Source: Tubulanus polymorphus
Lineage: Eukaryota; Animalia; Nemertea
Assembly: GCF_964204645.1 (NCBI RefSeq)
Contig: NC_134034.1
Coordinates: 9,374,962-9,438,961, forward strand
Direction of reading: 5' to 3'
Length of the DNA: 64,000 nt
In this document: one piece after another, positions 24,301 to 36,506 of the stretch
How the letters are laid out: each line of letters opens with the position of its first letter
How positions within the stretch are numbered: the first letter of the stretch is position 1
The notes under the pieces: generated by a model
The model's input: the letters and a program-made list of their open reading frames with translations, nothing else
Database searches by the model: none
What the model was told of the DNA's origin: nothing
Translations under genes and position numbers: made by a program

Positions 24301-27300
24301 ACGCTGGCGATCGGATCGCCCGCAAATTCGCTCGTCTGCCCGCACTCAGCGAATTTCGCAGAGCGATCCACTTTTATCAACCAATAGGATGCATTGTTGA
24401 TATCATGTGATTCGTTAACTCTCTCCCACTAAGTGCCAGTCGCTGACCGAATTTCGGTTTGATCGCTATGTGTGCCCGCTCGTATCGGGCGTATAAATTC
24501 GTCGGCGAAATCGCTGGCGAATCGTCGCGATCGGGTGAAAAAATACGCTTGTGTGTCCCTAGCTTAATGTAGTTGGTGTGTTATACGTGAATTTGAATGT
24601 GAACATTTGTATCTTACATTTTTTCCAGATACTTAATTCATGTAGATTTATTGACAGCAATTTAAAAGATAAAGAATTTTTCATTTGAAAACATTGACCA
24701 CATTAACATCATACAGCAAATCTAACATATACACATTCACAGGTTCCTGTGAAACGTAATCGCTTTCATGATTGGGGGGTAATAATCTTTACAATGACTT
24801 TCAGATGAAATGCATGTTGAGGTGTAACATGTGATGTCACCAGTTCAGGCTACATGACATCGCAAGTTTTCACACATTAAAGCTGAATGCCCTTTATTGA
24901 ACACAATGGGGTGGAATTTAGCAAAAATCTTCAAAATATCAGCATTTTCTGGTACTTTGTCAGCACTGAAAGGGTCAATGGTCTGATTTTGAAAGTTAAA
25001 AGTCGAAACTACTCTCAAATAGAATTCGGTGTGTCACACACGTCACTTTAAACACTGTTTAATATGTAATGATATGTTTTCTACATACGGCATTTTTCGA
25101 TGACATTTTATCCTTTTCGATCGATTCCTTCATCAGTTTGTTTTCATGTTTCAAATCGTCGATCGTCAAATTACGTTTGTTCACTTGTTCCCTCAGAACA
25201 CCGATCTCAGTATCTACAGAGAAAATATTTTGAAAGAAGATTTTTAGGATAAAAACCGCTTTCCAAAATCTCTCATCTCTTCATGTCCTGGTCTGATTGT
25301 ATATCGTACAAAAAGTCCCACCCCCAAAAAAAAAATTTTTCAACATATATCTTATATTCTAATATTTACTGGAACACAAAACACCAAATCATTTTACGAA
25401 CCAAACTTTAATCCTTTAATCCAGCGGTTAATTTGTTAACCTCCAGATGTGTTCTACTACAAAACTGGCCACTTTCAAAGAAAATCTTTAAAACTCTCTC
25501 TGTTCCATAAACATGAGGAGAGGCTGAGTAGTTTCAAGGAGACTTAGCAAAGCAAAATAGATAGATAAAAAGAAAGGCTCCACTTTCCCTCACCCCTACA
25601 AGTGAAAGACATACTTAGAGCCTGAACTTGTTCCTCTTTTGTTTCAAATGCATCTTCTAAACGTCCAATTCGTTTCTTCAATTTCTGATTTAAGTCGTTC
25701 GCTTCCTCGAGTTTGGCTTCAGCAGTCGCTACAGCCGTGTTATCAGCAGCGAGTTTCTCCGACTATCAATGAGAAATACATAATTCACTTATTTATCACT
25801 GATTGAAGGGGGTATCAATCTGCTGCCTGAAGCCTTCACAGCTTTACATTTTATCGGCACACTTTTTGATCATTCACACTTCAAATGTGTTCGGAATTTG
25901 ACCTAAGACATTTTTAATTGAAAATTAACAACAAACATTAGAAATTAGACATTTTTATCAGTGCACTTTCGAAAACTGAGACATTCTTATTTGAAAATGA
26001 ACTATAAACACCGACAATTCAACATTTTATCAACACACCTTCGAAAAGTGATCATCCACACTTCACAGTACTAAAGTTGAATGTCTGTCCAAAGGGGTCT
26101 GTTCAAGGTAGAGGGTAAGTTCCAGGATGCTTTCTCATATTGTTATTGGACACAATAAATGCCAGTCAAAGATAGGTGTGTGTAGTGTAAAGATAGCAGA
26201 AGACATCACTTACTAGTTGTGAGTATTCTTGTAGTTGAGTTTGTAAATTCTGTATGAGAGCCTCTTGTTGAGAGATCTGTAACTCTAACTGGCGACACCT
26301 GGTGGCCATTCCTCCTTTCTGTTGGTCATCTTTCTTTTTCGCCGAGCGCAACTGACGATAGTACGAATCCTGAATCAGAATTGAATGATAGAAACATGGA
26401 TCATAGATTGTAACTGACATCAATAATTTCTATATCTCCCTTTTGATGCAGCTAAAAATCCATTATTGCTGCTTTGCAGCTTTATTTAGGAATTCATACT
26501 GATTTATTAGACTTCTATACTAGTTCTTTTCACAAATTTCATCTATACATTGTTCTCATCTAGACCCAGTTCAACATTTCTGAGAGGTAAACCTAAAATC
26601 AGTTCATTTCCAGTATTTTAAACTGTGGAACTGGGTTCTGGTTGTACATTGTCAAACCCGATTAATTCAGATCAAACCTTTAATACTCCAGTACCATCCA
26701 TGATCCTTCTAGAAAAGGGGGTTATGTACACCATAGTAGTTGGTGACTGTTTTCATTATCAATATTATTTACTGGTACTATTCTCTACAAAAGCATTTAC
26801 CTAAACCAGAAGCATTTTAAATACATGAGTATTTATAAAAATATAGATGGAGAAAATTGTGCAGGGATGGATCCAAAAAGGGGGGCTATAAGAAATGGTA
26901 TTCATTCAAAGTACTGAAACATCACTCCTTGGATCCGCCCCTGAAGAGGCTGAATAAACCGTTATAACCCAATGAATAAAAGGTTTTACATATAGGCCTA
27001 CAGTAAAGTCCTCGATTATCAAAGCAAAATCCATACACCAAAAAGCACCAACTTCCGAATATAGTACAAGATCTATTTCACCTCTTCCTCTGACGATTCA
27101 GTGTCGCCCTCTATTGGTGAACCGACTTCTGCATTGCCACCTATAGGTGAACCAATTTCAGTATCGCCACTTAGTGGTGACACAGCACTTCCCCCTGGTG
27201 GTGAAACCGTCAGTAACACACCAACATTCATGTTTGTTGATAGTCGAGACAGAACCGTTGTCGACCCAGCGCCGGACGCAGTGTCGCCCCCTGATGACCA

Positions 27301-29827
27301 ACGAACGTTGCCCCCTGGTGTCGGGGATAGAACCGTTGAGCCAACCCCACGGTTTATGAACTTACTTCTTGAGATCCTTTGTCGTTTTTTGAGTTGATCC
27401 TATGGAAATTTATTTTGGCTGAATTTAACTCAGAAGACAAAGATTCTCGAATCTTTCCAGCAATTTTTCGTCAACTATTTAACTAACTAGGTGACTTATT
27501 TATACGAAAAACAAATGGGAATAGTATATCTTTCAAAAACAGGAATTTCAGACACTGCTCAAATTAAGGGAGTTTCAAGCAACTTTAAAAGCATTTTCCG
27601 TTCAAAAGGAGTTTTACGGGACCCTGTACCCACTGGTTAACTAACCAACTTTAGGAGCGAATGGCCTTCAAAATCGCATACAACTTTGAACATAAAATGT
27701 CGGACTTTACGATTTTGACTGCTTTTAATTTTTAAGAGCTTCAAATAAACATCAAAGATCAACGTAAAAAAAGAACAGTACTTGAATGGAACTACGAAAA
27801 CGGAAAAACCATAATTTTCGAGGACGACTCAAAATATACCTTAGTGAGTTGAAGTTCTTTTAATTTCTGAAGAGATCATATAAAATATGTTTCTCCTTCG
27901 AAATAGATTTATTTTCATAACTATTTCGATTTGCAGGAGGAGAAATGTTTCGACCTACCATGTATTCTTGTCCGGCTTTCGCCAGTGCGTCTGTTAACTG
28001 AGTTTGAAACGCTCTCCGAACAACGTTCATTCTCTGTAAATAGAAGAAATATCGTAGAGAAAGACGTTTAAAATCTTTCAATACGAGTTCGCTCTTCCTT
28101 CCCCTGTTATTTTCGCCGATTCGTCATTTTTCTGTGTGCAGATTTACGAAAGATGAGAAAACAAATTTCGACGTGTGAAAACAAACGAAATGTTACCACG
28201 AGAAAAGAAATATCCAGTCGGGCAAGAAAACAAATTATCATTTTAAGAATCAGCCATCATAGTTTTCTAATACAAACACAATATTTGAAATTATGAGTAA
28301 CTTGAACACACTTACATCTTCGTGGATTTTTTCAAGATTCGAAATTTTTCCATTAATACGACAATACCTACAAATAGATACATGTATCATCAAAAAATAA
28401 ACTGGAACCTCAACTCAGAAAATAATAGACCAAAAGTCTAAATTATATGATCATGAAACTAAAAGCTGTAAGCTTTTATCATCGCATGGGCTTATGCCAA
28501 TTTTATGCATCCTCCCTCTGCAGGGACTCGAACCTGATGGCATCGCTACACTCAGCCACGGCACGAACCCCTGCATCAGTAGACCGGGTGCGCAGCTACA
28601 TGCGCAGCTTTCCAAACGAAAACTGGCGGCACCAATCAGATTGCTCGTTGTATAATCGTTGAGGCAAATTTCAAGGAAGAACTATAAATGGGAAAACCCG
28701 GGCTAAAATAAAACGGGATTTCTGATTGGCTAAAAATCACATCATCTGAACTGCGCATGTATCTGCGCACACGGTCGATTATGGCAGGGTTTCGTGCCGT
28801 GGCAATCTCGATGCCATCAGGTTTGAATCCCTGCCGGGGAGGATGATTTTATGTGGTTTGTGAAAAAACCGATCGAAAAACTAAACCACAGACGGGATAC
28901 CGACTGACTATTTACCTACAGTAGGTAGGACCTGATTAAAATAGGTGATATTTTGCATGGTTGGTATTTCATGGATGCCTATTTTAAAACTAAATTATTC
29001 AAGTTGTACGATAAAAATTACAATTCGATTCCTTTCTGTTGAACTTTGCTGTCGTAATCGGACGTTAAAGCGTTTCTCGTGAAGTCGATGTCTTTTTTCA
29101 GTTTGTCGACGTCTTGTAGTAAATTCTGTACGTTCTCTGTTAGGTCTTTGATCAGTAGAATTTCTGTGTCGTCCGTCTGAGTCAAACGGTCCTGACTGAA
29201 GAAACCGATCTTAACCTGTTCAGCCAGTGACGGTCTGCGTAAAAAAAATGTTTTGATACAATCATTTTTTTTTAAATTCTTTGAAAATTGTTCCAACGAG
29301 ATTTTGAGAACATAATTTTAGGGTAAATGTACTTGATTTGCATGGTACATGCACTGATCTGTACAGAGTGCAAGCATGTGACCATGGACCAAATAAAAAA
29401 GTCCCAAATCTGTGTTCGAATCAGAATCATAGATTGAATTGGTCTATATTACTAGAGCAAGGGACGGGTTTGTTCGACCTGTTATTCATTACTGAAAGGC
29501 GAGAACAACTTCGACGCTGCCCTCGTGGCTCAATAAACTAAACCTGTAAACACTGCTGAGAGTTAAATTTTGACATTGGTTTGACAGTTCTCAGTCGACT
29601 CATTCGCCATCTAGCGAGAAAATAGGCCTACAGAAACGACGTATCGATTCTACACCGTTTTAGAGCTATTTGAACGCATCGCTGCGCGGTGGAGGTAAAG
29701 TTAAACCAAATATTACTTACTTCCAGGGATTATCGTCGCTACTGAATCCATCGTCGATAGCGTTGATGTATTTCTGGATGACTTTTTCTTCTTTGCGAAA
29801 CGATCGCTTCGACACTTCAGCCGCCAT
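21313..29827 (-). CDS. C10orf67: Coiled-coil protein, C10orf67 homolog (DUF4709/DUF4724-like), about 16 exons
   Basis: Exon 1 29721..29827; exon 2 29022..29234 (PSLAEQVKIGFFSQDRLTQTDDTEILLIKDL resembles recalled human KIGFFSTDHATQTDSSEIL); YCRINGKISNLEKIHED; RRAFQTQLTDALA; LHALKDEAFLRQTLQRQAA; terminal exon ...VVLPSAT* with stop at 21313-21315. Confidence 0.8.
21655..22160. repeat. 77-bp minisatellite in a C10orf67 intron
   Basis: About 6.5 copies of ctgatgtcatcatgagactctgtcacagtacaaacccctgtcctagtagacacatcctccctcacagggatttgaac; period 77 (21726 to 21803). Confidence 0.92.
24133..24564. mobile_element. PIF/Harbinger-like MITE
   Basis: TIR agataggggcacacgagcgtattttttcgcccgatcgcg / cgcgatcgggtgaaaaaatacgcttgtgtgtccctagct; TAA on both flanks. 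Confidence 0.8.
28509..28845. mobile_element. Inverted-repeat element with tRNA/SINE-head-like arms
   Basis: atcctccctctgcagggactcgaacctgatggcatcg...cacggcacgaacccctgc versus the inverted copy at ~28783-28844; the minus strand reads TGGCTGAGTG...GGTTCGAGTCC (A/B-box-like). Confidence 0.55.
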
Positions 29828-30211
29828 CTTGTTGTTGCTACCAAACACATCAGATCCGCGGTGAATGAACAACTCCGTAAAAAGAAAATCAGTTTTTAAT
29901 TGGTATTTTCGTTCTAAACTAAACAAGCAATAAATACCATGCCATTATTTACTCTTCTTATTGTTTTACCCAAATATTAAACTCACTACATCGTATGCTA
30001 AATAATTTTGTTTTTCACAAAGTTCCGAAGGTCGTCGCGCTTAGTCGGGCTAAAAAAGCAAAATTATTTACCATACGATGTAGCAAATATAATGTATACC
30101 ATTTCGGTACTTCCGTTTCGTGGATGCTCTAAAACATTAGACCCAAATTGCAATGTTTCGGCGTTAAATTCTCCGTAAATGAACTCGTTTAGTGTCAGCC
30201 TGTTGTTGAGG
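29828..30211. promoter_or_regulatory. Bidirectional promoter region, C10orf67-like / STK16
   Basis: Divergent ATGs only 385 bp apart; ETS-like acttccg at ~30109; YY1-like CAAGATGGCGGC overlaps the C10orf67 start. Confidence 0.6.
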
Positions 30212-33200
30212 ATGGGTTGCGTGTGCGCTAAGGAGTCGATTACGGTCGGTAACCGTAAATTCTACGTCAGATCAAGACTCGGAGAAGGGTAAACAATCTG
30301 TCAACTAAATTCCTAAAAATCAAATTGATTTACTAAATACAACGAACTGTCATGTCATAAGTCTGTATCAGTCACAAGATGAACTTCGGTTTTCGTTGTA
30401 AATCTCGACTAATTTCTATTTCAACCTGATTTGAGAGCATACCGGGTGTCCTTGCCCTAGAGGCTAGCTCAGTCAGTTTTGATGGTACCTGGCAGTAGTT
30501 AGTTACCTAATCGTTGGTGGTAAGCTTTTTATAGTCGGAAGGGCTTATATACTTATGTGGTTTGTGAAAATATCAGATCGTGAAACTAAACCACAGTCAG
30601 GTTACTGACTAACCTGGCAGTTGACCAAAAACATTGATTTTTAATCCATTTTCAACTGTATTGAAGGATATCCAAAAGTTTTCATTGAAAAGGGTTGAAA
30701 AGAGAAAACTGACTCAAACGTTTGCATGCCTACATAGGTATCAAACTTCAGTTAGTAGGCATGGAAACATATCGTTTTGTAAATTCATGAATTTTGATGA
30801 TTTTCCATTTCAGAGGTTTCAGTTTTGTAGACCTCGTCGAAGACAAACACAGCCATAAATTGTACGCGTTGAAACGTGTGGCGTGTCATTCTAAAGAGGA
30901 CGAACGCGTCTCGATGCAAGAGGTGGAAATCATGAGAACATTCGATCATCCGAATCTGTGCGCGTGCGAAGTATCGTCTCTCGTCGCCGTAAACGATTAC
31001 GCTAAATCGATTATCAGCGAAGTCCTCATCGTCATGCCGTTTTATAGGGTAAGCTTGCTCGATTGGGATTCCACTGGGAGCAAATGTGCGGCAAAATAAT
31101 CCCCGCTTTTGATTCCCACTCTTTTTTCGGGCCAAGTTTTCTAAGATATATATGTGTTTCAGAAAGGAACGTTACAAGATGAAATCGATCTGATGTGCAA
31201 GAAATACGAACACATTCGAGAAGATCGAATTCTACGTTTGTTACGAGGAATCTGCGAAGGTTTACGAGAGATGCATCATTTCGACCCACCTTATGCTCAT
31301 CGGTAACAACCACAAATAACTTCACGCTCCCAGTTCATGAAAAAGTTCGAACTCTTATTGACCCCTTCATGGTTAACTAATCAATACCCTAAAGTGCTGG
31401 AGATAATTTGAAAATGTTTGAAAATTCCACCCTAGTGTTTTGAATAATGGACATACTGCTATATTGCATCTACACCGCGGTGCGGTGTATCAGTAGTCAC
31501 TAACATTTCACTGCGTTCGACTGATGCTGCCATCTTTCAATAGAAATATGAACTAATTACTAATAACACCAGTACACTTGTGATGCGATGTACTAGCAAG
31601 GTCCATCACCAATTTATACACCGCACTGCGGTGTAAACACACTGAGAAGTTTAAGAAACAATATTATTATTTGAACTGCAGTGATATGAAACCGGCGAAT
31701 GTTCTACTAGACGACACCGATCAGCCGGTTCTGATGGATTTCGGTTCCGCTGCGAAAGCAAGAGTCGAAATCAAAACCTCCGCGGACGCACGAAAACTGC
31801 AGGTTAGCTTCTAGATGATATAGATGGTGCTGTTGTTGAAGTGGCTGCGTACAGATAGATTCTGGGGTTCGATTGACGTGAAAAATGGTTGTCTTTATGA
31901 AAAAATATGAAAAATTTGTGTCAAATTGTGAGAATTTGTGAATAATTCAAGAAAATGCTCTGTCAAAATATATTGATCCCAGTTTGTGTGTGGAGCTCAG
32001 AACTACAGTCAACCTCAGATATATACCGCTCTCCCACATACCGCCACCCCCGCCTACCTCTAGGTTTACTCAATGTACATCGCTATATAAATACATAGTA
32101 CGATATACCGCCATACTCTCTATACCGCCAAAAACGTTCTGCACCGATGTGGGCCCGTGATATATCGGGGGTTGACTGTAATTCAATTTGATGACTGATA
32201 TTCAATAAGAAATTTTCTGACTTTCTCACATCTGTTTATTCAGGATATCGCGGCCGAGAAATGTACGATGCCGTTTCGACCGCCCGAATTATTCCAAGTT
32301 CAATCATTCACGAAAATCGATGAAAGGGTCGACATCTGGGTAAGGGTTCGAAAAAAAATTCTTGAAATGGTTGCTGGCCTTATGCAGGTATTCACCCGGC
32401 GTCTAGATTCGGTAAACCCCTTCAGAAACTCGATAGGACAGACATACAGTCAGCCCAGATATACTGCCCTCCCATTTACCTCAAACACCAGGTTTACTCA
32501 ATGTACATCTCTCTACAAATACACAGTGAAACACCCCGATATACCGCCGTACTCTCTATACCGCCAAAATCATTCTGCACCGATGTTGGTGCGGTTTATC
32601 GGGGGTGGACTGTACTTCCCAATTATTGAATCAACACACTTTCAAAAGCTGATCGTCTCCACTTCGCAACTTGTGTTCACAACTTCACCTGAGACATTTT
32701 TAATTGGAAAATTAACTACTAACTGTCAAAATCTGATCACTTCACTTGACACCAGTGAATGTCTAACGGGGTGTGGATTTATACAGTTCGATGACGTTAT
32801 CCAGTTTTAACCCTGAGACGAACTGTAATCAAATCTGAAACGGAATTTCATTATTTTTTTCAGTCATTGGGTTGTACGCTTTACAGTTTAGCATTTCTAG
32901 AATCGCCGTTCGAGCAAGTTTATCAAAGAGGTGATAGTCTGGCGCTGGCTGCGATCGGAGGAAATATTAAGTACCCTAACTCTCACATGTATGTATTTCA
33001 TGAAGTCTTTTAACCCTCGTGGAACTTAAGTCCCAGTGGGTAAAAATCTGTTTACTGTTCATTTTTCTGTCGATCCGTCGATAGAATCGAATTTTTTTGG
33101 AAAGTTTTGAAAATGCTGCATTGGAGGGTCTTGATATTTGGTTTATACATGTGTATCTGCTTGTGTGATAAAATCAAAATGGCTGTCTGGTTGTTTGCTG

Positions 33201-34223
33201 AAATCCGCTCTTTTACTTGTTTTTGAAGTTTTCAAGGGAATTTTGTATTTCCATATATACCAGGGTACTGGTACTTATGCATATTTTGTAACCTCTATAG
33301 ATTGCAAAGTTGCTGCTCTATGACAGTGATGAGTCGATTAATTGTAGTTATATTCCGGAGGGTGTTGATTATCAGATTGTCAAGCAGAAATGCCGGTAAT
33401 AGAAAAAGACTTTTCTTTTTCCAGCCCACTTTGGACTTGAGTTCTAGCAGCTATTGCGTTTACTTTTCGCCCGTCCAGTTATGAAAAAAGCCTAACTGAA
33501 TTACGTTCTTCTTCGCTTCTAGATTCTAACCTGATTGTGATGCAGGTTCATCTGTTCCCGGAATTCAAGCCTGCCTCCGCAAAAAAACCTTAAAAGTCTT
33601 GAAAAACCATATTTTTTCAGAATAATACTTTCAGGAACATTTATTTGAAAAAATATATCTTTTGATACTCGGTATAACATTAGTATAACAAAGAAAAAGA
33701 CATAACCAAACCCCCTCCCATGTTAACCCTAATCAAATTTAAGAACAATTATCTCTAGGTCAATACTGGGATTTACAGGTATCAATAATTCAGTAGCCTG
33801 GATCATTCCCTCCAAATAATCAGTTCCCTTAAATTAAGTATAATGTGAAGTGCGGATTGTTCAGTTCTTGAAAGTGCTGATAAAATGTCTGATGTCTGGT
33901 GTTTGTAGCTCATTTTCAATTAAAACGGTCTGATGAAATCCTGAACAAGTGTACAACATTAACAAATTGGAGGAAATAGTGATAAGGTATTGATTGTGTG
34001 AGAGGTTCAGGTTCCAGGCTGCAATTTGATACCTGCTTTAATAACAAATGGTAAAAACGTATGTAACAAACATATTTTCTTGTTGATTTTTTCCAGCTAT
34101 TCGGAGGAATTGATTAATTTAATCAGATGTATGTTGGTCGTCGATCTGGAGCAACGACCGTTCATTGACACAGTTATACAACACGTCGATAACCTGTTAA
34201 TCGCGATGGAGAATCGAATTTAA
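30212..34223 (+). CDS. STK16: Serine/threonine kinase 16; exons 30212..30288, 30814..31048, 31163..31302, 31682..31802, 32244..32339, 32864..32988, 34097..34223
   Basis: MGCVC lipidation-type N-terminus, LGEGGFSFVDLV, YALKR, YAHRDMKPANVL, VLMDFGS, LQDIAAEKCTMPFRPPELF, IDERVDIWSLGCTLY, GDSLALA, RPFID. Confidence 0.95.
32006..32612. mobile_element. Two related Tc1/mariner-type MITEs (32006..32178 and 32447..32612) flanking STK16 exon 5
   Basis: TA|CAGTC...GACTG|TA termini; shared internal sequence ggtttactcaatgtacatc...ttctgcaccgatgt. Confidence 0.75.
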
Positions 34224-36506
34224 ACCGGTTCGAACGACGACGCAAAAACACGATTAACCCTCCGAATTTCAGGGCACCGGAAAATAGAAAATATATGATC
34301 GTTGAAACTCGTCAAACTCGCTTAAAGTCGTCATAGTTGGAGGGCCATCATTATGACTTATCCAAGTGTACACTAAGTGAATTGTATTAGAAATACAAGT
34401 AAGGACTCTCAATAATGTACTGTGAGGACTTATCCAATAACGAATTAAGTGAATTTGGCTAAACAGTGGGACCTCATGTTGAAAAAACTTCAACGCACAA
34501 AAAAAGATCTGTTTGCTTTAACCGATAGTTCTATATACAGTGGAACCTCGTAACAAGGAACTTCAGGAGACCAGAAAATCTGTTCGTTATAACCGATAGT
34601 TCTATATACAGCTCATTACAGCGAACTTCAGGAGACCAGAAAATCTGTTCGTTATAACCGATAGTTCTATATACAGTGGAACCTCATTACCAGAAAATCT
34701 GTATCCAATATAGGATTAATCACATCTTTACATCTGGGTCAACATCATGCATATCCAGTATAGGATTTAAATCACATCTTTACACTTGGGTCAACATCGG
34801 TGCCATCAGAGAGTTTGTTGTATGAGGCTACATGTACTAAAACCAAACATGAATGATAAAACAAACTTATAAAATACATTGCATTCACTGAATCTCACTC
34901 ACTCAAAGTGTTTTAAACTGAACAATTAGTGCCAAGTCAATATTTTACTGTTCTGCTATGAATGCATGTTAAACTGATTATGATAAATGTTATAAATCTA
35001 TTTTTTTAAAGATTACCGATATACTGTAAAAAATACAACGATCCGATCATGACCGTTAGAATGTAATAGAATCTGATTATTTCATCCATTGATTCCCGAA
35101 AGAACTTCATTCTGGACCCATTTCCACAGTGGGTGGTGGTGGTTAGATGATACTTTGTAGAAAGTATGGTAAAGAGTTAAACCCTTTCAGTGCTTGCCGG
35201 AGATGATTTGACAAATTTCAAAAAGTTAGTTACTAAACTGTTTGGCAGGTGCTGCCATCTTACATTAGAGATAAAAACTAATTACCATACACCGCACTAA
35301 AAGGGTTAAGATATTAAAAATGAACTTTCTTGTCTCTAAGAGTTCGAGTTATTGAAAATCAGACGATTTCGACAAGTTTGAACGGATAGAAATGATAGAA
35401 ATGAACTCATTTCTAGAGTTTTAAAAAGTAAAAATGATCTATACTAATTTTGATTCTTCGAGAGTTCGAATAATCGAAAAATGAACTAATTTGAGAGTTA
35501 AAGTAATCGAAAATCTGACTCTAATTCAAAACTGTGTAACTGTATTCACAATCTTTCGAAAAAATTTCTCACTTTTTTGCACATGCGAACGATCTCAGGT
35601 ATGACGGTACGACCACCTTTGGGTAGAACGCTTGGCACTCTGCGTTAACCGTTAATGGCCCTGTTGTACATTTTTTGGTCGAATCTTTTCCGAATAAATG
35701 CGGAACTGGAGCTAATTTGTTTGTATATATTTGGTGGAGTTAAATCTAGTCATTTTGCACCTCAATGATATTACCCACCCAGAACTCAGTTCGTCAAGCC
35801 TCAGAGTAACGACTCAGAGAAACAAGAAACATGCTTTTGGCAGACAATGTTTCCTAGAAGATCAAACATGTTTCATTCTGTGTTTCCCTGCATTGTGTGC
35901 GACGTTCGGCTTCAATTGATGACTCAAATATTGTACTCTTCATGTGTTCACTATTTTACTATAGCACTGTAATATAATCCCCGGATCTGGGTCTAGATTA
36001 TTTCGGTTTTGGGAATCCTAAATTATGACATTGATTAATCGATAGGAATCATATGTTGTATTTGTTTGATATCACTGATATTTGATAATCAAACACAATT
36101 AAATAAATGTTATAATAAATAAATGTTACATTATATACGATAACAGTATCTTGAAAGGTTTCATTTTCACCCACTCGGGCGCGCTGTGCTGTGGTCAGAC
36201 GTCGTAATTGTAATCGTTATAATAATTGAGAGGATGGTTGCAGTTTCTTTGTAACCGCTTGGGGGCGCCGGATCAGCGATTGGTCGATAGTTAGTTTCAT
36301 AATTGAAAGGCTGTTAATGATTGGCTATATATAGTGCTTTGGGTCCAACACGAGGGATTCTCTGGAGGCCTGCTCCATTTTATCTCGGAAAATCTTTTAC
36401 GAACAACTCGAATGAAACAAACCCCTTTTTGCAAATATGTGTGGAATTCGGAAGAAAATGAACCCATAAAATTGAATTATTGTCTATAAATTACGATATG
36501 GTTGTT

